This document shows, in pieces, positions 21,844 to 35,623 of a stretch of 64,000 nucleotides of DNA. Origin of the DNA: an uncultured Actinomycetes bacterium. GTDB lineage: Bacteria > Actinomycetota > Actinomycetes > Nanopelagicales > Nanopelagicaceae. The stretch covers positions 3,212 through 67,211 of the forward strand of contig CAINVP010000114.1 in NCBI GenBank assembly GCA_903854185.1, written 5' to 3'. The translations under genes were made by a program, and so were the position numbers. Under the pieces are notes generated by a model. It did not search any database. It had not been told where the DNA came from and worked only from the letters and a program-made list of their open reading frames with translations. Every line of letters starts with the position of its first letter. Position 1 is the first letter of the stretch.

Positions 21844-23433
21844 TTACTCTGGTTCGCGCCCCTGGCGGAGTAAACCGAATGTGACGGCATCTTCAAGTGC
21901 CATCGCTGAGGCGGCGATGACATTCTCGTGGACACCGATGGTGCTCCATTCGCCCTCGCCATCCTTTGTCTCAACGAGCACACGCGTCACTGCGCCGGTA
22001 CCAGCACGCCCCTCAAGAATTCGAACCTTGTAATCCGTCAATTCAAGTTTTGCAAGCTCTGGGTAGATCTTGAGTAATCCACCACGGAGCGCATTATCAA
22101 TCGCATTCACTGGGCCATTTCCAGTTCCTGTGGAAATAATCTGCTCACCCTTTGCAGTGATAGTGACAGAAGCCTGTGAGGTGACTTCACCGGTCTCACC
22201 GCCATCAACGGTGATTGCCCAGCTCTCAATGGTGAAGAATTTTGGTCGCCGACCAGCAAGTTCTTCTCGAAGCAAGAGTTCAAAGGAGGCATCCGCGGCC
22301 TCAAAGGTAAAGCCGCGTGACTCCATCTCCTTCACGCGATCAACAACGCGCGCAACCACCTCTTTGTTGCTAGATAAATCAATTCCTAGTTCACGCGATT
22401 TCAATTCGATGGAAGCTCGGCCGGCCATTTCGGAGACGAGCATCCGCATATCATTACCAACGGACTCTGGGTCTTCATGTTGGTACATCGCTGGGTCTAC
22501 TTTAATTGCACTCGCGTGAAGTCCTGCCTTATGTGCAAATGCGGAGATGCCGACATAAGGTTGGCGCGCAGATGGCGCGACATTTGTAACCTCGGCAACC
22601 GCATGTGAAATTCTGAATGCTTCCCGGAGCGACCCTGCTGGGAGCACTTGCTGCTTCTTCTTCAATTCTAAGTTTGCGATGATGCTAACGAGATCAGCAT
22701 TTCCGGTGCGCTCACCATATCCGTTGAGTGTGCCCTGAACATGGGTTACACCTGCGCTGATTGCAGCAAGTGAGTTTGCAACGGCGCAACCGGTGTCGTT
22801 ATGGCAGTGAATGCCAAGACGGGCGCCAGATGCTTGAAGGACTTCATGCACTGTCTGCGAAAGCTCATCCGGCAACATGCCACCATTTGTGTCACAGAGC
22901 GCGATGACGTCAGCGCCAGCTTCTGCTGCCACCTTGATAACTTCAAGTGCATACGCCTTATTTGACTTATAGCCATCAAAGAAGTGTTCAGCGTCGAGAA
23001 ATACTCGCTGACCACCTGCTTTCAGAAAAGTGATGGAGTCGATAATCATTTTAAGGTTCTCATCGAGGTTAGTCTTCAAAGCTAAATCAACATGCCGGTC
23101 ATGACTCTTTGCAACAAGTGTCACGGCTGCTGCTTGAGAATCTTGTAGTGCACGTAGAAGAACGTCATCAGCGGCCTTCACACCGGGGCGCCTAGTTGCA
23201 CCAAATGCCACAAAGGTGGCGTTCTTTAACTTCAACTCTGTCTGAGCACGCTTAAAGAACTCGGTATCTTTTGGATTCGCGCCTGGCCAACCGCCTTCAA
23301 TAAACCCAACGCCAAGGTCATCTAAATGGCGAGCGATTGCCAACTTATCCTGGACAGAGAGGTTGAGACCCTCTTGCTGCGCACCATCGCGAAGCGTCGT
23401 GTCATAGATATGGAAGGCGTCATTCATTTTCAT
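21844..23433 (-). CDS. cimA: (R)-citramalate synthase / LeuA-family alpha-ketoacid-acetyl-CoA condensing enzyme
   Basis: 529-aa ORF with N-terminal IYDTTLRDGAQQEG, a HMGL-like barrel and a LeuA-dimer C-terminal domain. The length and N-terminus fit CimA rather than the long actinobacterial LeuA. Confidence 0.7.
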   Translation of the reverse strand: MKMNDAFHIYDTTLRDGAQQEGLNLSVQDKLAIARHLDDLGVGFIEGGWPGANPKDTEFFKRAQTELKLKNATFVAFGATRRPGVKAADDVLLRALQDSQAAAVTLVAKSHDRHVDLALKTNLDENLKMIIDSITFLKAGGQRVFLDAEHFFDGYKSNKAYALEVIKVAAEAGADVIALCDTNGGMLPDELSQTVHEVLQASGARLGIHCHNDTGCAVANSLAAISAGVTHVQGTLNGYGERTGNADLVSIIANLELKKKQQVLPAGSLREAFRISHAVAEVTNVAPSARQPYVGISAFAHKAGLHASAIKVDPAMYQHEDPESVGNDMRMLVSEMAGRASIELKSRELGIDLSSNKEVVARVVDRVKEMESRGFTFEAADASFELLLREELAGRRPKFFTIESWAITVDGGETGEVTSQASVTITAKGEQIISTGTGNGPVNAIDNALRGGLLKIYPELAKLELTDYKVRILEGRAGTGAVTRVLVETKDGEGEWSTIGVHENVIAASAMALEDAVTFGLLRQGREPE

Positions 23434-24519
23434 TTAGCAGACTCGCACATTCCAGCCATGGGTATCTTCGGCAACTCCGTGTTGAATATCAAGAAGACGC
23501 TTGCGAATCGCCGCCGTAATTGGACCAGGTTCGCCGTTGCCGGTTTGCCACATTCCATGAGCGCTCTTTGCGGCTCCAACGGCCGAGACGACCGCCGCAG
23601 TGCCGCATGCAAAGATCTCACTGATCTCTCCACTGGCAACACCATCGCGCCAATCATCAATAGTCAGCATCGTCTCTTCCACCTTGTATCCGAGATCTTC
23701 TCCGACTTTAAGAATAGAGTCACGAGTAATTCCGGGTAGAAGTGTTCCTGTTAATTTCGGGGTAAGGATGGTTGCATCCGCGCCGGTGCCCTTAACGAAG
23801 TAGAGATTCATTCCGCCCATCTCTTCGACGTAACGGCGCTCCTTTGCATCGAGCCAGACGACTTGATCGCAACCTTCTGCAGCTGCTTGTTTCTGCGCCA
23901 TGAGAGATGCTGCATAATTTCCGCCGCACTTTGCTTCGCCGGTGCCACCCAGTGCTGCGCGAACGTACTCTGTGCTGATCCAGACCGTCACGGCCTTACT
24001 TGAAGTGAAATACGCTGATGCTGGCGTTGCAATCAGAAGATACATCGCCTTATTTGATGGGCGAACTCCAAGCCCAACTTCGGTTGCAATCATGAATGGG
24101 CGGATATACAGGGATTCACCGATATTTCCAGGAACCCAAGCGCGATCCTGCTTCACTAACTCTTTCACCGTATCAATGAAGAAATCAATCGGCATCTCAG
24201 GAAGTGCCAGGCGCTTGGCGCTCTTCGCAAAACGAAGGGCATTCGCTTCTGGCCGGAAGAGGCTGATGCCGCCATCAGGTTGGGCGTATGCCTTCATTCC
24301 CTCAAAGATCTCTTGGCCGTAATGAAAGACTGCTGTTGCAGGATCCAAGGTAATTGGACCATATGGCTTTAGCGTCGCATCGGTCCAGCCATCAACTTCA
24401 CTCCACTCAGCAACAACCATATTGTCGGTGTAGTACTTACCAAAACCACCTTCGGCAATCTTCGCTGCGCGAAGATCTGCTGCAAGTGGCTGGGGATTAG
24501 GAGTGAGTTGTACCTTCAT
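23434..24519 (-). CDS. ilvE: Branched-chain amino-acid aminotransferase
   Basis: 361-aa ORF of the class IV aminotransferase family (long actinobacterial IlvE type). Confidence 0.9.
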   Translation of the reverse strand: MKVQLTPNPQPLAADLRAAKIAEGGFGKYYTDNMVVAEWSEVDGWTDATLKPYGPITLDPATAVFHYGQEIFEGMKAYAQPDGGISLFRPEANALRFAKSAKRLALPEMPIDFFIDTVKELVKQDRAWVPGNIGESLYIRPFMIATEVGLGVRPSNKAMYLLIATPASAYFTSSKAVTVWISTEYVRAALGGTGEAKCGGNYAASLMAQKQAAAEGCDQVVWLDAKERRYVEEMGGMNLYFVKGTGADATILTPKLTGTLLPGITRDSILKVGEDLGYKVEETMLTIDDWRDGVASGEISEIFACGTAAVVSAVGAAKSAHGMWQTGNGEPGPITAAIRKRLLDIQHGVAEDTHGWNVRVC

Positions 24520-25562
24520 TTATTTCAGCGCCTCCGCTAGAGCTGTTCCGATTTCCTGTGTGCTTCGCTTGAGACCTGCCCGTGAGGCAAGGTCCTTCGA
24601 TACTACATCTGAAATCTCTTGTGCGGCAGCGTCAAATCCCAAGTGGGTAAGCATGAGCGCTACCGAAAGAACGGTTGCGGTTGGGTCTGCAATGTTCTGC
24701 CCGGCGATATCTGGTGCTGATCCATGGATTGGTTCAAACATGGATGGAAATTTTCCAGTGGGGTTGATATTTCCAGAAGCAGCGATACCAATTCCACCAG
24801 AGATAGCTGCAGCAATATCAGTGATGATATCTCCGAAGAGATTATCTGTTACGACTACATCGAAGCGGGAGGGTTGGGTTACAAAGAACATCGAAGCAGC
24901 ATCAACGTGAATGTAATCCGTCGTGATGCTTGGGTACTCCTTCGCAACCTCATTAAAGGTTCTTGTCCAGAGGCCGCCGGCACGTGTGAGCACATTGTTC
25001 TTATGGACGAGAGTGACCTTCTTGCGAGTGCGAGTCATCGCCTTCTCAAATGCGTAACGGATAGCTCGTTCGGCACCATTGCGAGTGTTGATGCTCTCTT
25101 CCGTCGCAACTTCAAAGGGAGTTCCTTGTTGAAGTACTCCGCCTGCCCCGATATATGGCCCCTCTGTTCCTTCGCGCACTACGATGAAATCAACTTCACC
25201 TGGGTTTTTGAGCGGTGACTCAACTCCTGGCCACAACTTTGTTGGGCGAAGGTTGATGTAATGGTCGAATGCAAAGCGAAGCTTAAGTAGCAGGCCACGC
25301 TCTAAGACACCTGATGGAACAGAAGGATCTCCTACCGCGCCAAGTAGCAAAATATCCTGCTTCGCCATCTCAGCCATTACCGCATCAGGCAGGGTCTCCC
25401 CCGTCTTGTGCCAGTACTTTGCGCCGAGTTCATATTCGGTGCGCTCGAAGGTGAGGCCATGCTTTCCCGCGATTACATCAAGGACTTTGAGACCCTCTGC
25501 AATCACCTCAGGCCCAATGCCATCGCCAGCGATAACACCGAGTTTGAAATTCTTCTTGCTCA

Positions 25563-25563
<1 letters not shown>
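24520..25563 (-). CDS. leuB: 3-isopropylmalate dehydrogenase
   Basis: 347-aa ORF with N-terminal GDGIGPEV and NLFGDIITD motifs. Confidence 0.9.
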
Positions 25564-28188
<2,625 letters not shown>

Positions 28189-28689
28189 TTACCTTTCGTT
28201 GGTTGTTAAGCGAAGTCCGCGCTCCATTGCGACGAGCCCTGATTGAACGAGTTCTTTGATTCCATACGGTTCAAGAACTCGCAGGAGCGCCTGAATCTTT
28301 TCTGCATTTCCAGTTGCCTCTATTGTGACTGCATCTTGTGCAACATCCACAACTTTGGCACGGAAGAGTTGAACGGTCTCGAGTACTTGAGAACGATTTG
28401 TAGGAGTTGTTGCTACTTTGACGAGCAGTAACTCTCGCTGGACTGAGGTAACTGGATCAAGTCGAGTAATTGAGATGACATTGATTAACTTGTCGAGCTG
28501 TTGAATAACTTGCTCAAGCGCATGACCTTCCACATTGATAACGATTGTCATCCGAGAAATCTCTGGATCCTCGGTTGGACCCACGGCCAGCGAATCGATG
28601 TTGTATCCACGGCGCGAGAAAAGTGAAGAGATGCGAGCAAGTACGCCGGGACTATTCTCGACGAGCACTGAGAGCGTATGAGTGGCCAT
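28189..28689 (-). CDS. ilvN: Acetolactate synthase small (regulatory) subunit
   Basis: 166-aa ORF with an ACT domain N-terminus (HTLSVLVENSPGVLARISSLFSRRGYNIDSL). Confidence 0.9.
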   Translation of the reverse strand: MATHTLSVLVENSPGVLARISSLFSRRGYNIDSLAVGPTEDPEISRMTIVINVEGHALEQVIQQLDKLINVISITRLDPVTSVQRELLLVKVATTPTNRSQVLETVQLFRAKVVDVAQDAVTIEATGNAEKIQALLRVLEPYGIKELVQSGLVAMERGLRLTTNER

Positions 28690-30437
28690 TAGAGCTCCTG
28701 TGAATCCCAGACAGGCGCCATTGAGCGCGCGACGGTAATAAGGTCATTTGATGCACCAGCAGCGACCATTGGCCAGACCATCGCATCTTTGTGCACGCTA
28801 AAGTCGACGACAACTGGGCGATCATTAATCGCCATCGCCTCGTTAATAACGCGGTCAACATCTTCTTTACTCTCAGCTCGTAACCCAACACAGCCCATCG
28901 CCTCACCAAGTTTTGCAAAATCAGGAATACGCTTGGAGTGCAGCTGAGTATTGGAATAACGCCCTTCATAGAAGAGGGTCTGCCACTGGCGAACCATTCC
29001 CAGGCTCTCGTTATTAATAATTGCAACTTTGATAGGAATGTTGTTCAGAGCACAGGTGACGAGTTCCTGATTAGTCATCTGGAAACAGCCATCGCCATCA
29101 ATCGCCCACACGACCTTGTCGGGTGCGCCAACTTTTGCTCCCATTGCAGCAGGAACCGCGTAGCCCATTGTTCCGAGTCCGCCCGAGTTCAACCACGTGC
29201 GCGGCTTCTCATAATTAATGAACTGAGAAGACCACATCTGGTGTTGACCTACACCCGCAACATAAATTGCATCCGGGCCAGCAATCTGGCCTAGACGCTG
29301 AATAACGTATTGCGGGGAGAGAGAACCATCGGTTGGCTCATCAAAGCCCAATGGATATGCGGTACGCCATGAGTTGCACTCGCTCCACCAAGCAGCAAGG
29401 TCTGGGCGATGCTTCTTGTACTCATCTTTCAGAGCTGGAAGCAACGACTTGATAGTGCGTGACAAATCGCCAACGAGAGCGACATCTGCGATGCGATTCT
29501 TTCCAATCTCTGCTGGATCAATATCTGCATGAATAATCTTTGCATGAGGTGCGAATGAGGAGAGCTTGCCCGTTACGCGATCATCAAAACGTGCGCCGAG
29601 GGTGATGAGCAAATCTGCTTTTTGCAGCGCAGTCACTGCAGCAACGGTGCCATGCATTCCTGGCATACCGAGGTTCTGCTGATGGCTCACCGGGAAGACA
29701 CCAAGGGCCATCAGGGTGGTTACAACGGGTGCTCCGGTGAGCTCTGCAAGGAGCATCAACTCTTTGCTGGCGTTCGACTTAATCGCACCGCCGCCGACAT
29801 ATAAAACCGGACGCGAGGATTCGGCAATCAACCTCGCCGCATCACGAATAGCCTCTGGAAGCGCATCAATAATCGGGTTATAGCCAGCAAGTTTTACTTG
29901 AGATGGATAAGAGAACTCCGTCTGATTCTGCAACGCATCTTTTGCGATATCAACGAGAACAGCCCCTGGGCGTCCTGTTGCTGCAATATGAAATGCTTCA
30001 GCGATTGCTCGGGAGATATCTTTTGCATCGGTAATGAGAAAGTTATGTTTTGTGACGGGCATAGTGATGCCACGGATGTCAGCCTCTTGGAAGGCGTCGG
30101 TACCGATTGAACCCGACGCAACCTGACCCGTGATTGCGACGATAGGGACGGAATCCATCTGTGCATCAGCAAGTGGGGTCACCAAGTTAGTGGCTCCTGG
30201 ACCCGACGTTGCAATGCAGACGCCGACGCGCCCGGTCGCTTGGGCATAACCAGTTGCTGCATGGCCCGCCCCTTGTTCGTGGCGGACAAGGATGTGGCGA
30301 ATCTTAGAGTCAAAGATGGGATCGTATGCCGGAAGGATTGCTCCGCCCGGGATACCGAACATGACATCCACGCCTGCTGCCTCGAGTGAGTTCACGAGGG
30401 ATTGTGCCCCCGTAACTGTCTGTGAATCTTTACTCAT
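28689..30437 (-). CDS. ilvB: Acetolactate synthase large subunit
   Basis: ThDP enzyme ([16 protein letters not shown]...). I place the start at ATG 30437 ([15 protein letters not shown]...), 6 nt downstream of GAGGAG. The track ORF extends to 30554 across the upstream terminator hairpin. Confidence 0.9.
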   Translation of the reverse strand: MSKDSQTVTGAQSLVNSLEAAGVDVMFGIPGGAILPAYDPIFDSKIRHILVRHEQGAGHAATGYAQATGRVGVCIATSGPGATNLVTPLADAQMDSVPIVAITGQVASGSIGTDAFQEADIRGITMPVTKHNFLITDAKDISRAIAEAFHIAATGRPGAVLVDIAKDALQNQTEFSYPSQVKLAGYNPIIDALPEAIRDAARLIAESSRPVLYVGGGAIKSNASKELMLLAELTGAPVVTTLMALGVFPVSHQQNLGMPGMHGTVAAVTALQKADLLITLGARFDDRVTGKLSSFAPHAKIIHADIDPAEIGKNRIADVALVGDLSRTIKSLLPALKDEYKKHRPDLAAWWSECNSWRTAYPLGFDEPTDGSLSPQYVIQRLGQIAGPDAIYVAGVGQHQMWSSQFINYEKPRTWLNSGGLGTMGYAVPAAMGAKVGAPDKVVWAIDGDGCFQMTNQELVTCALNNIPIKVAIINNESLGMVRQWQTLFYEGRYSNTQLHSKRIPDFAKLGEAMGCVGLRAESKEDVDRVINEAMAINDRPVVVDFSVHKDAMVWPMVAAGASNDLITVARSMAPVWDSQEL

Positions 30438-30452
30438 GTTCATCTCCTCTCT

Positions 30453-30488
30453 ATAAATAAGAAACCCCTCAGTAATTCCACTGAGGGG
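30453..30488 (-). terminator. Intrinsic terminator/attenuator hairpin between ilvD and ilvB
   Basis: The minus strand reads CCCCTCAG-tggaatta-CTGAGGGG followed by TTTCTTATTTAT, ending just before the ilvB ribosome-binding site. Confidence 0.7.
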
Positions 30489-30508
30489 TAGCGCACGGTC
30501 TAACGGAG

Positions 30509-30582
30509 TTAGATCGCGCGCTCTCGAATCACCACTGATGATGTCATGGGGCAATTCTCCCCGGGTCTCGGCACGGCGTCAA
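30509..30582 (-). promoter_or_regulatory. Candidate promoter plus leaderless 12-codon leader peptide ([12 protein letters not shown]) of ilvBNC
   Basis: The minus strand reads TTGACG (30582..30577), a 17-nt spacer, GAGAAT (30559..30554), 6 nt, then ATG ACA TCA TCA GTG GTG ATT CGA GAG CGC GCG ATC TAA (30547..30509). There is no SD in front of the ATG. A Val-Val-Ile run lies in the middle of the peptide. Confidence 0.45.
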
Positions 30583-30620
30583 CCCTTTTGAACGACGTTT
30601 CAGTATTTGAGATATGAATC

Positions 30621-32306
30621 TCAGGAAGTGACTGCCCCGTGCGAGGCAGATCCAACGACCTTTGCATACTTAGCAAGCACACCTCTAGTGAATTTATGAG
30701 GCACTGGCGCAAAGCTCTTACGACGTTCAGCGAGTTCTGACTCATCGACCAGCAAATCCAAGGTGCGCGCTACGGTGTCGATGCGAATGATGTCGCCATC
30801 GCGCACAAAGGCAATTGGCCCACCATCAACTGCTTCCGGCGCGACGTGACCGACGCAAAGGCCGGTGCTGCCACCTGAGAAGCGACCATCAGTCAGAAGA
30901 AGTGTGCTCTTTCCGAGTCCGGCGCCTTTGATGGCACCAGTAATCATCAACATCTCGCGCATGCCGGGTCCACCCTTAGGGCCTTCATAACGAATGACGA
31001 TTACATCGCCAGCAGTAATGGTGCCATTTTCGAGTGCTGCCATCGCCGCCTGCTCGCGTTCAAAGACTCGCGCTGGCCCCTCAAATTTTTCAACGCCGAC
31101 GCCCGCCGTCTTGCACACTGCGCCATCGGGGGCGAGGGATCCGCCGAGAATGGTGATTCCGCCTCCGGCAGAGAGTGGATCCTTAATCGAGTGAAGAACT
31201 TCGCCATCAGTATCTAGTGGGGCGAGGTCAGCAAGATTCTCCGCCATCGTCTTACCCGTTACTGTCAAACAATCGCCATGAATAAATCCAGCATCATAAA
31301 GTGCGCGGAGTACGACTGGTATTCCACCCACACGATCGATATCGGTCATTACATACTTACCGAATGGCTTGAGATCACCAAGGAGCGGAGTGCGAGAACT
31401 GATTCGCTGAAAATCTTCTAGCGTAAGTTCTACTTCGGCCTCATTCGCAATTGCGAGTAGATGCAGAACCGCATTTGTTGAGCCACCGAGCGCCATGACG
31501 ACGGTGATTGCATTTTCAAATGCCTTCTTCGTCAAGATATCGCGAGTGGTAATCCCCTGGCGGATTAATTCAACAACGGCAGCTCCGGCCTTCACTGCAT
31601 AATCATCACGGCGACGATCTACCGCAGCAGGTGAGGCGGAACCTGGAAGTGAGAGTCCGATTGCTTCGCCCACTGCAGCCATTGTGTTGGCGGTGTACAT
31701 GCCACCGCATGCGCCTTCACCCGGACAGATTGCGCGCTCAATTTCATCCACCCGCTCTTGGGAAATCAAGCCACGTGCACATGCTCCTACAGCTTCAAAG
31801 GCATCGATAATCGTGACATCTTTACCATCTACTTGTCCGGCAAGAGTTGTACCGGCATATACGAATACGGATGCGACATCGATACGAGCAGCTGCCATCA
31901 TCATGCCTGGCAGCGATTTATCACAGCCTGCAAAAGTAACCATGCCATCGAGGCGCTCTGCCTGCATCACAGTCTCAACAGAGTCGGCAATAACTTCGCG
32001 TGAGACTAGTGAGAAGTGCATTCCCTCATGACCCATAGAGATTCCATCTGATACAGAGATGGTGCCAAATTGCATAGGGAAACCGCCGGCATCGATAACG
32101 CCCTTGCGGGAGGCCTTTGCAAGCCGATCCAGCGAGAGATTGCACGGTGTAATTTCATTCCACGATGAGGCGATACCGATCTGTGGCTTTGCAAAATCTG
32201 CATCCTTCATTCCGACGGCACGGAGCATGCCGCGAGCCGGAGCGCGCTCTAGGCCATCTGTTACCAGACCGGAACGTGGTTTCATATTTGGCTTATCGCT
32301 CATCAT
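30621..32306 (-). CDS. ilvD: Dihydroxy-acid dehydratase
   Basis: 561-aa ORF of the IlvD/Edd family ([12 protein letters not shown], ...). The start overlaps the gatB stop by 4 nt. Confidence 0.95.
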   Translation of the reverse strand: MMSDKPNMKPRSGLVTDGLERAPARGMLRAVGMKDADFAKPQIGIASSWNEITPCNLSLDRLAKASRKGVIDAGGFPMQFGTISVSDGISMGHEGMHFSLVSREVIADSVETVMQAERLDGMVTFAGCDKSLPGMMMAAARIDVASVFVYAGTTLAGQVDGKDVTIIDAFEAVGACARGLISQERVDEIERAICPGEGACGGMYTANTMAAVGEAIGLSLPGSASPAAVDRRRDDYAVKAGAAVVELIRQGITTRDILTKKAFENAITVVMALGGSTNAVLHLLAIANEAEVELTLEDFQRISSRTPLLGDLKPFGKYVMTDIDRVGGIPVVLRALYDAGFIHGDCLTVTGKTMAENLADLAPLDTDGEVLHSIKDPLSAGGGITILGGSLAPDGAVCKTAGVGVEKFEGPARVFEREQAAMAALENGTITAGDVIVIRYEGPKGGPGMREMLMITGAIKGAGLGKSTLLLTDGRFSGGSTGLCVGHVAPEAVDGGPIAFVRDGDIIRIDTVARTLDLLVDESELAERRKSFAPVPHKFTRGVLAKYAKVVGSASHGAVTS

Positions 32307-33802
32307 GCCTGCCCTAAATGTTTGAGAAGTAGTTCGCGAACCTTTGCGGCATCAGCTTGTCCGCCAGTCGCCTTCATTACTGCGCCGATGAGTGCCCCAG
32401 CTGCAGGAATATTCCCACCGCGAATACGCTCCGCGGTATCTGGTTGAGCAGCAATTGCTGCTTCGATTGCCGCCATGAGAGCTGAATCATCGGAGACGAC
32501 CTTCAGACCACGCTTATCGATGACTTCACGCGGTGCACCCTCACCCTTGATTACGCCCTCAACCACTTGGCGAGCTAACTTATCTGTTAACTCCCCAGCT
32601 GCGATGAGCGAAATGATCTCAGCAACATCTGCAGGAGTAATGAGAGATTGCGGCGTTACCTCACTCTCGTTAGCAAGTCGGGAAATTTCCCCAAGCCACC
32701 ATGAGCGCGCCTTCGTTGGATCTGCGCCGAGTTCAACTGTCGCAACAACTGTATCGAGCAGGTCGGCATTAACCATCGCTGCCATCTCTTTATCAGGCAC
32801 ACCCCAGCTCTCCTGAATGCGCTTACGAAGCGTTGATGGCTTCTCGGGCAACGTTGCGCGAAGTGATTCAATCCAATCAGCTGCAGGAGCAACCGGAACG
32901 AGGTCTGGCTCTGGGAAATAGCGATAATCCTCAGCTGTCTCTTTCGAACGACCGGAACGGGTTAGACCGGTGTCCTCTTGGAAGTGACGAGTCTCTTGGA
33001 TAACGCGACCGCCTTCTTCCAGCAAGTTAGCCTGTCGGACCATCTCGCCGCGAACCGCGCGCTCAACAGAGCGGAGTGAGTTCACATTCTTCGTCTCACT
33101 ACGCGTGCCAAGAACTCCAGAACCCCGCGGTGAGAGCGAGACATTTGCATCGCAACGAAGGGAGCCCTGCTCCATCTTTACATCAGATACACCAAGTGAG
33201 CGAAGGATGTCGCGAAGTTCGCTGACATAAGCCTTAGCCACTTCCGGTGCGTACTTATCCGTTCCAGGAATCATCTTGGTAACGATTTCTACCAGCGGAA
33301 TTCCAGCTCTGTTGTAGTCAAGGAGTGAGTACTCCGCACCGTGAATGCGACCAGTTGCGCCACCGACGTGAAGAGATTTTCCAGTGTCCTCTTCCATATG
33401 GACGCGCTCAATCTCAATTCGATAAACCTTCGGGCCGCCATCAGTCTCGATTGTGACATCTAGATAACCATTAACGCAGATTGGCTCGTCGTATTGCGAA
33501 GTCTGGAAATTCTTCGGCATATCTGGGTAGAAGTAATTCTTTCGGGCAAAACGGCTGAAAGGTGCAATGGAGCAGTTGAGCGCTAGGCCAATAAGAATTG
33601 AACTCTCAATCGCCTTCTCATTTACGGCGGGAAGTGATCCAGGAAGACCTAGACATACCGGGCAGGTTTGAGTATTCGGTGATGCACCGAACTCGGTTGC
33701 ACAACCACAGAACATCTTTGATTTGGTATTGAGCTCGACGTGCACTTCAAGTCCGAGTGTCGGCTCGTACTTCTCAATTGCTTGCTCGTAATTTAATGAC
33801 AT
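32303..33802 (-). CDS. gatB: Asp/Glu-tRNA(Asn/Gln) amidotransferase subunit B
   Basis: The GatB sequence starts at [27 protein letters not shown] at 33802 overlaps the gatA stop (TAATG). I do not use the 16 extra codons of the track ORF. Confidence 0.9.
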   Translation of the reverse strand: MSLNYEQAIEKYEPTLGLEVHVELNTKSKMFCGCATEFGASPNTQTCPVCLGLPGSLPAVNEKAIESSILIGLALNCSIAPFSRFARKNYFYPDMPKNFQTSQYDEPICVNGYLDVTIETDGGPKVYRIEIERVHMEEDTGKSLHVGGATGRIHGAEYSLLDYNRAGIPLVEIVTKMIPGTDKYAPEVAKAYVSELRDILRSLGVSDVKMEQGSLRCDANVSLSPRGSGVLGTRSETKNVNSLRSVERAVRGEMVRQANLLEEGGRVIQETRHFQEDTGLTRSGRSKETAEDYRYFPEPDLVPVAPAADWIESLRATLPEKPSTLRKRIQESWGVPDKEMAAMVNADLLDTVVATVELGADPTKARSWWLGEISRLANESEVTPQSLITPADVAEIISLIAAGELTDKLARQVVEGVIKGEGAPREVIDKRGLKVVSDDSALMAAIEAAIAAQPDTAERIRGGNIPAAGALIGAVMKATGGQADAAKVRELLLKHLGQA

Positions 33803-35301
33803 TACTTTGCTCCTAACGCTGGCGCGGAGGAGAGCAATGGCTTGCCCCATTTGCTCAGGAGTGCAGCTTCAAGAGTTCCGCCGACCTGATACATCAATTC
33901 ATCCCTCATCGCTGGCGACATGATCTGGAAGCCAACCGGCAACCCGTCTTCTTCTGCCAAGCCACAAGGAAGGCTCATTCCACCAATGCCAGCCATATTT
34001 ACTGGGATTGTTGCAATGTCATTGAGATACATCGCCAGTGGGTCATTGGCCTTCTCGCCAATTTTAAATGCCGTAGTTGGGCAGGTTGGAGATACCAAGA
34101 CATCTGCCTTTGCGAAGGCCGCATCGAAATCTTGCTTAATTAAGGTGCGAACTTTCTGCGCTGAGCCATAATACGCATCGTAATAACCGGAAGAGAGCGC
34201 ATAGGTTCCGAGGATGATTCTGCGCTTGACCTCTTTACCGAAGCCAAGTTCGCGGGTCATACGCATTACTTCCTCGGCGCTCTTCACGCCATCATCGCCG
34301 ACACGAATTCCGTAGCGCATCGAATCAAAGCGTGCGAGGTTTGAGGAGCACTCACTTGGCGCAATGAGGTAATAAGCGGCTAACGCATATTCGAAGTTTG
34401 GCGCACTCACTTCAACGATTTCAGCACCAGCACTTACTAGCGCCTCAATCGCTTCATTAAAGCGAGCCTTTACACCTGCTTGATATCCATCGCCAGATAA
34501 CTCTTTGACGATGCCAATCTTCATTCCCTTAACGTCTAACTTCTTCGCCGCCTCAACCATCTTGCCAACTGGGGCGTTAATAGATGTTGAATCCTTCGGA
34601 TCATAGCCAGCGATAGCTTCATGCAAGAGCGCAGTATCAAGGACATTGCGCGCGCATGGACCAGCTTGGTCGAGCGATGATGAGAATGCGACAAGACCGT
34701 AACGAGAGACCGCGCCGTATGTTGGCTTTACTCCTACCGTTCCGGTGACTGCCGCAGGCTGACGAATAGACCCGCCAGTATCTGTTCCAATAGCAAGTGG
34801 TGCTTCAAAGGAAGCGAGCGCAGCAGCAGAGCCGCCACCGGATCCACCCGGAATACGGGTGAGATCCCAGGGATTATGTGTTGGACCGTATGCTGAGTTC
34901 TCAGTCGATGAACCCATTGCAAACTCATCCATATTGGTCTTGCCGAGAATGACAACACCATTCGCCTTTAACTTTGCGACGACGGTTGAGTCATACGGTG
35001 GACGCCATCCTTCAAGCATCTTCGAGCCGCACGTTGTTGGAATGCCCTCTTGGGTCATGACATCCTTCAAAGCGAGAGGTACGCCAGCCAACGCAGGAAG
35101 TTTCTCTCCTGCAGCGCGACGCTTATCAATAGCCGCTGCCTGCGCGAGCGCACCCGCAGTATCTACGTGGAGAAAGGCGTGGACATCGGTATCAACTGCG
35201 GCGATACGATCTAAATGTTCTTGTGCAACTTCGACTGCTGTTACATCCCCAGCGGTCAGCGAGTTAGCAATCTCGCTAGCACTTTTAAAGATTGAACTCA
35301 C
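33802..35301 (-). CDS. gatA: Glutamyl-tRNA(Gln) amidotransferase subunit A
   Basis: 499-aa ORF with the amidase signature (GGSSGGSAAA-like [12 protein letters not shown]). Confidence 0.95.
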   Translation of the reverse strand: MSSIFKSASEIANSLTAGDVTAVEVAQEHLDRIAAVDTDVHAFLHVDTAGALAQAAAIDKRRAAGEKLPALAGVPLALKDVMTQEGIPTTCGSKMLEGWRPPYDSTVVAKLKANGVVILGKTNMDEFAMGSSTENSAYGPTHNPWDLTRIPGGSGGGSAAALASFEAPLAIGTDTGGSIRQPAAVTGTVGVKPTYGAVSRYGLVAFSSSLDQAGPCARNVLDTALLHEAIAGYDPKDSTSINAPVGKMVEAAKKLDVKGMKIGIVKELSGDGYQAGVKARFNEAIEALVSAGAEIVEVSAPNFEYALAAYYLIAPSECSSNLARFDSMRYGIRVGDDGVKSAEEVMRMTRELGFGKEVKRRIILGTYALSSGYYDAYYGSAQKVRTLIKQDFDAAFAKADVLVSPTCPTTAFKIGEKANDPLAMYLNDIATIPVNMAGIGGMSLPCGLAEEDGLPVGFQIMSPAMRDELMYQVGGTLEAALLSKWGKPLLSSAPALGAK

Positions 35302-35594
35302 TCTTCACCTAAAATCTGAGGAACTTTAAAGCGCTCCTCTTCCTGTGCTGGGGCGCCAGAGAGCGCTTGTGCATTTGTAAGGCTCGGCACCACTACATCG
35401 GGGCGATAGACATTCTTCATCTCAAGTGGATGGGAGGTCGGAGGTACATTCGCCCCTGCCACCTCTTGTACTCGTGCAACCGCTCCGAGAATCACCTGCA
35501 TCTCATCCGAGAGGTGGTCCAATTCGGTATCGGTCATTTCAATACGAGCCAGTCGCGCTAAATGCGCCACCTCATCACGGGAAATAGCTGCCAT
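35298..35594 (-). CDS. gatC: Glutamyl-tRNA(Gln) amidotransferase subunit C
   Basis: 98-aa ORF directly upstream of gatA (4-nt overlap), with a typical GatC N-terminus ([22 protein letters not shown]). Confidence 0.9.
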   Translation of the reverse strand: MAAISRDEVAHLARLARIEMTDTELDHLSDEMQVILGAVARVQEVAGANVPPTSHPLEMKNVYRPDVVVPSLTNAQALSGAPAQEEERFKVPQILGEE

Positions 35595-35623
35595 GCGGCA
35601 ACCTTATCGAAGGAGGGTATTAC

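Noticed and set aside
30438-30554. Extended N-termini of track ORFs for ilvB (to 30554), gatB (to 33850), rpsB (to 20734) and obg (to 40664).
   Set aside because: The extensions lack family similarity. They cross a terminator hairpin (ilvB) or the upstream gene (gatB). Internal starts with good SD spacing match the canonical protein N-termini.
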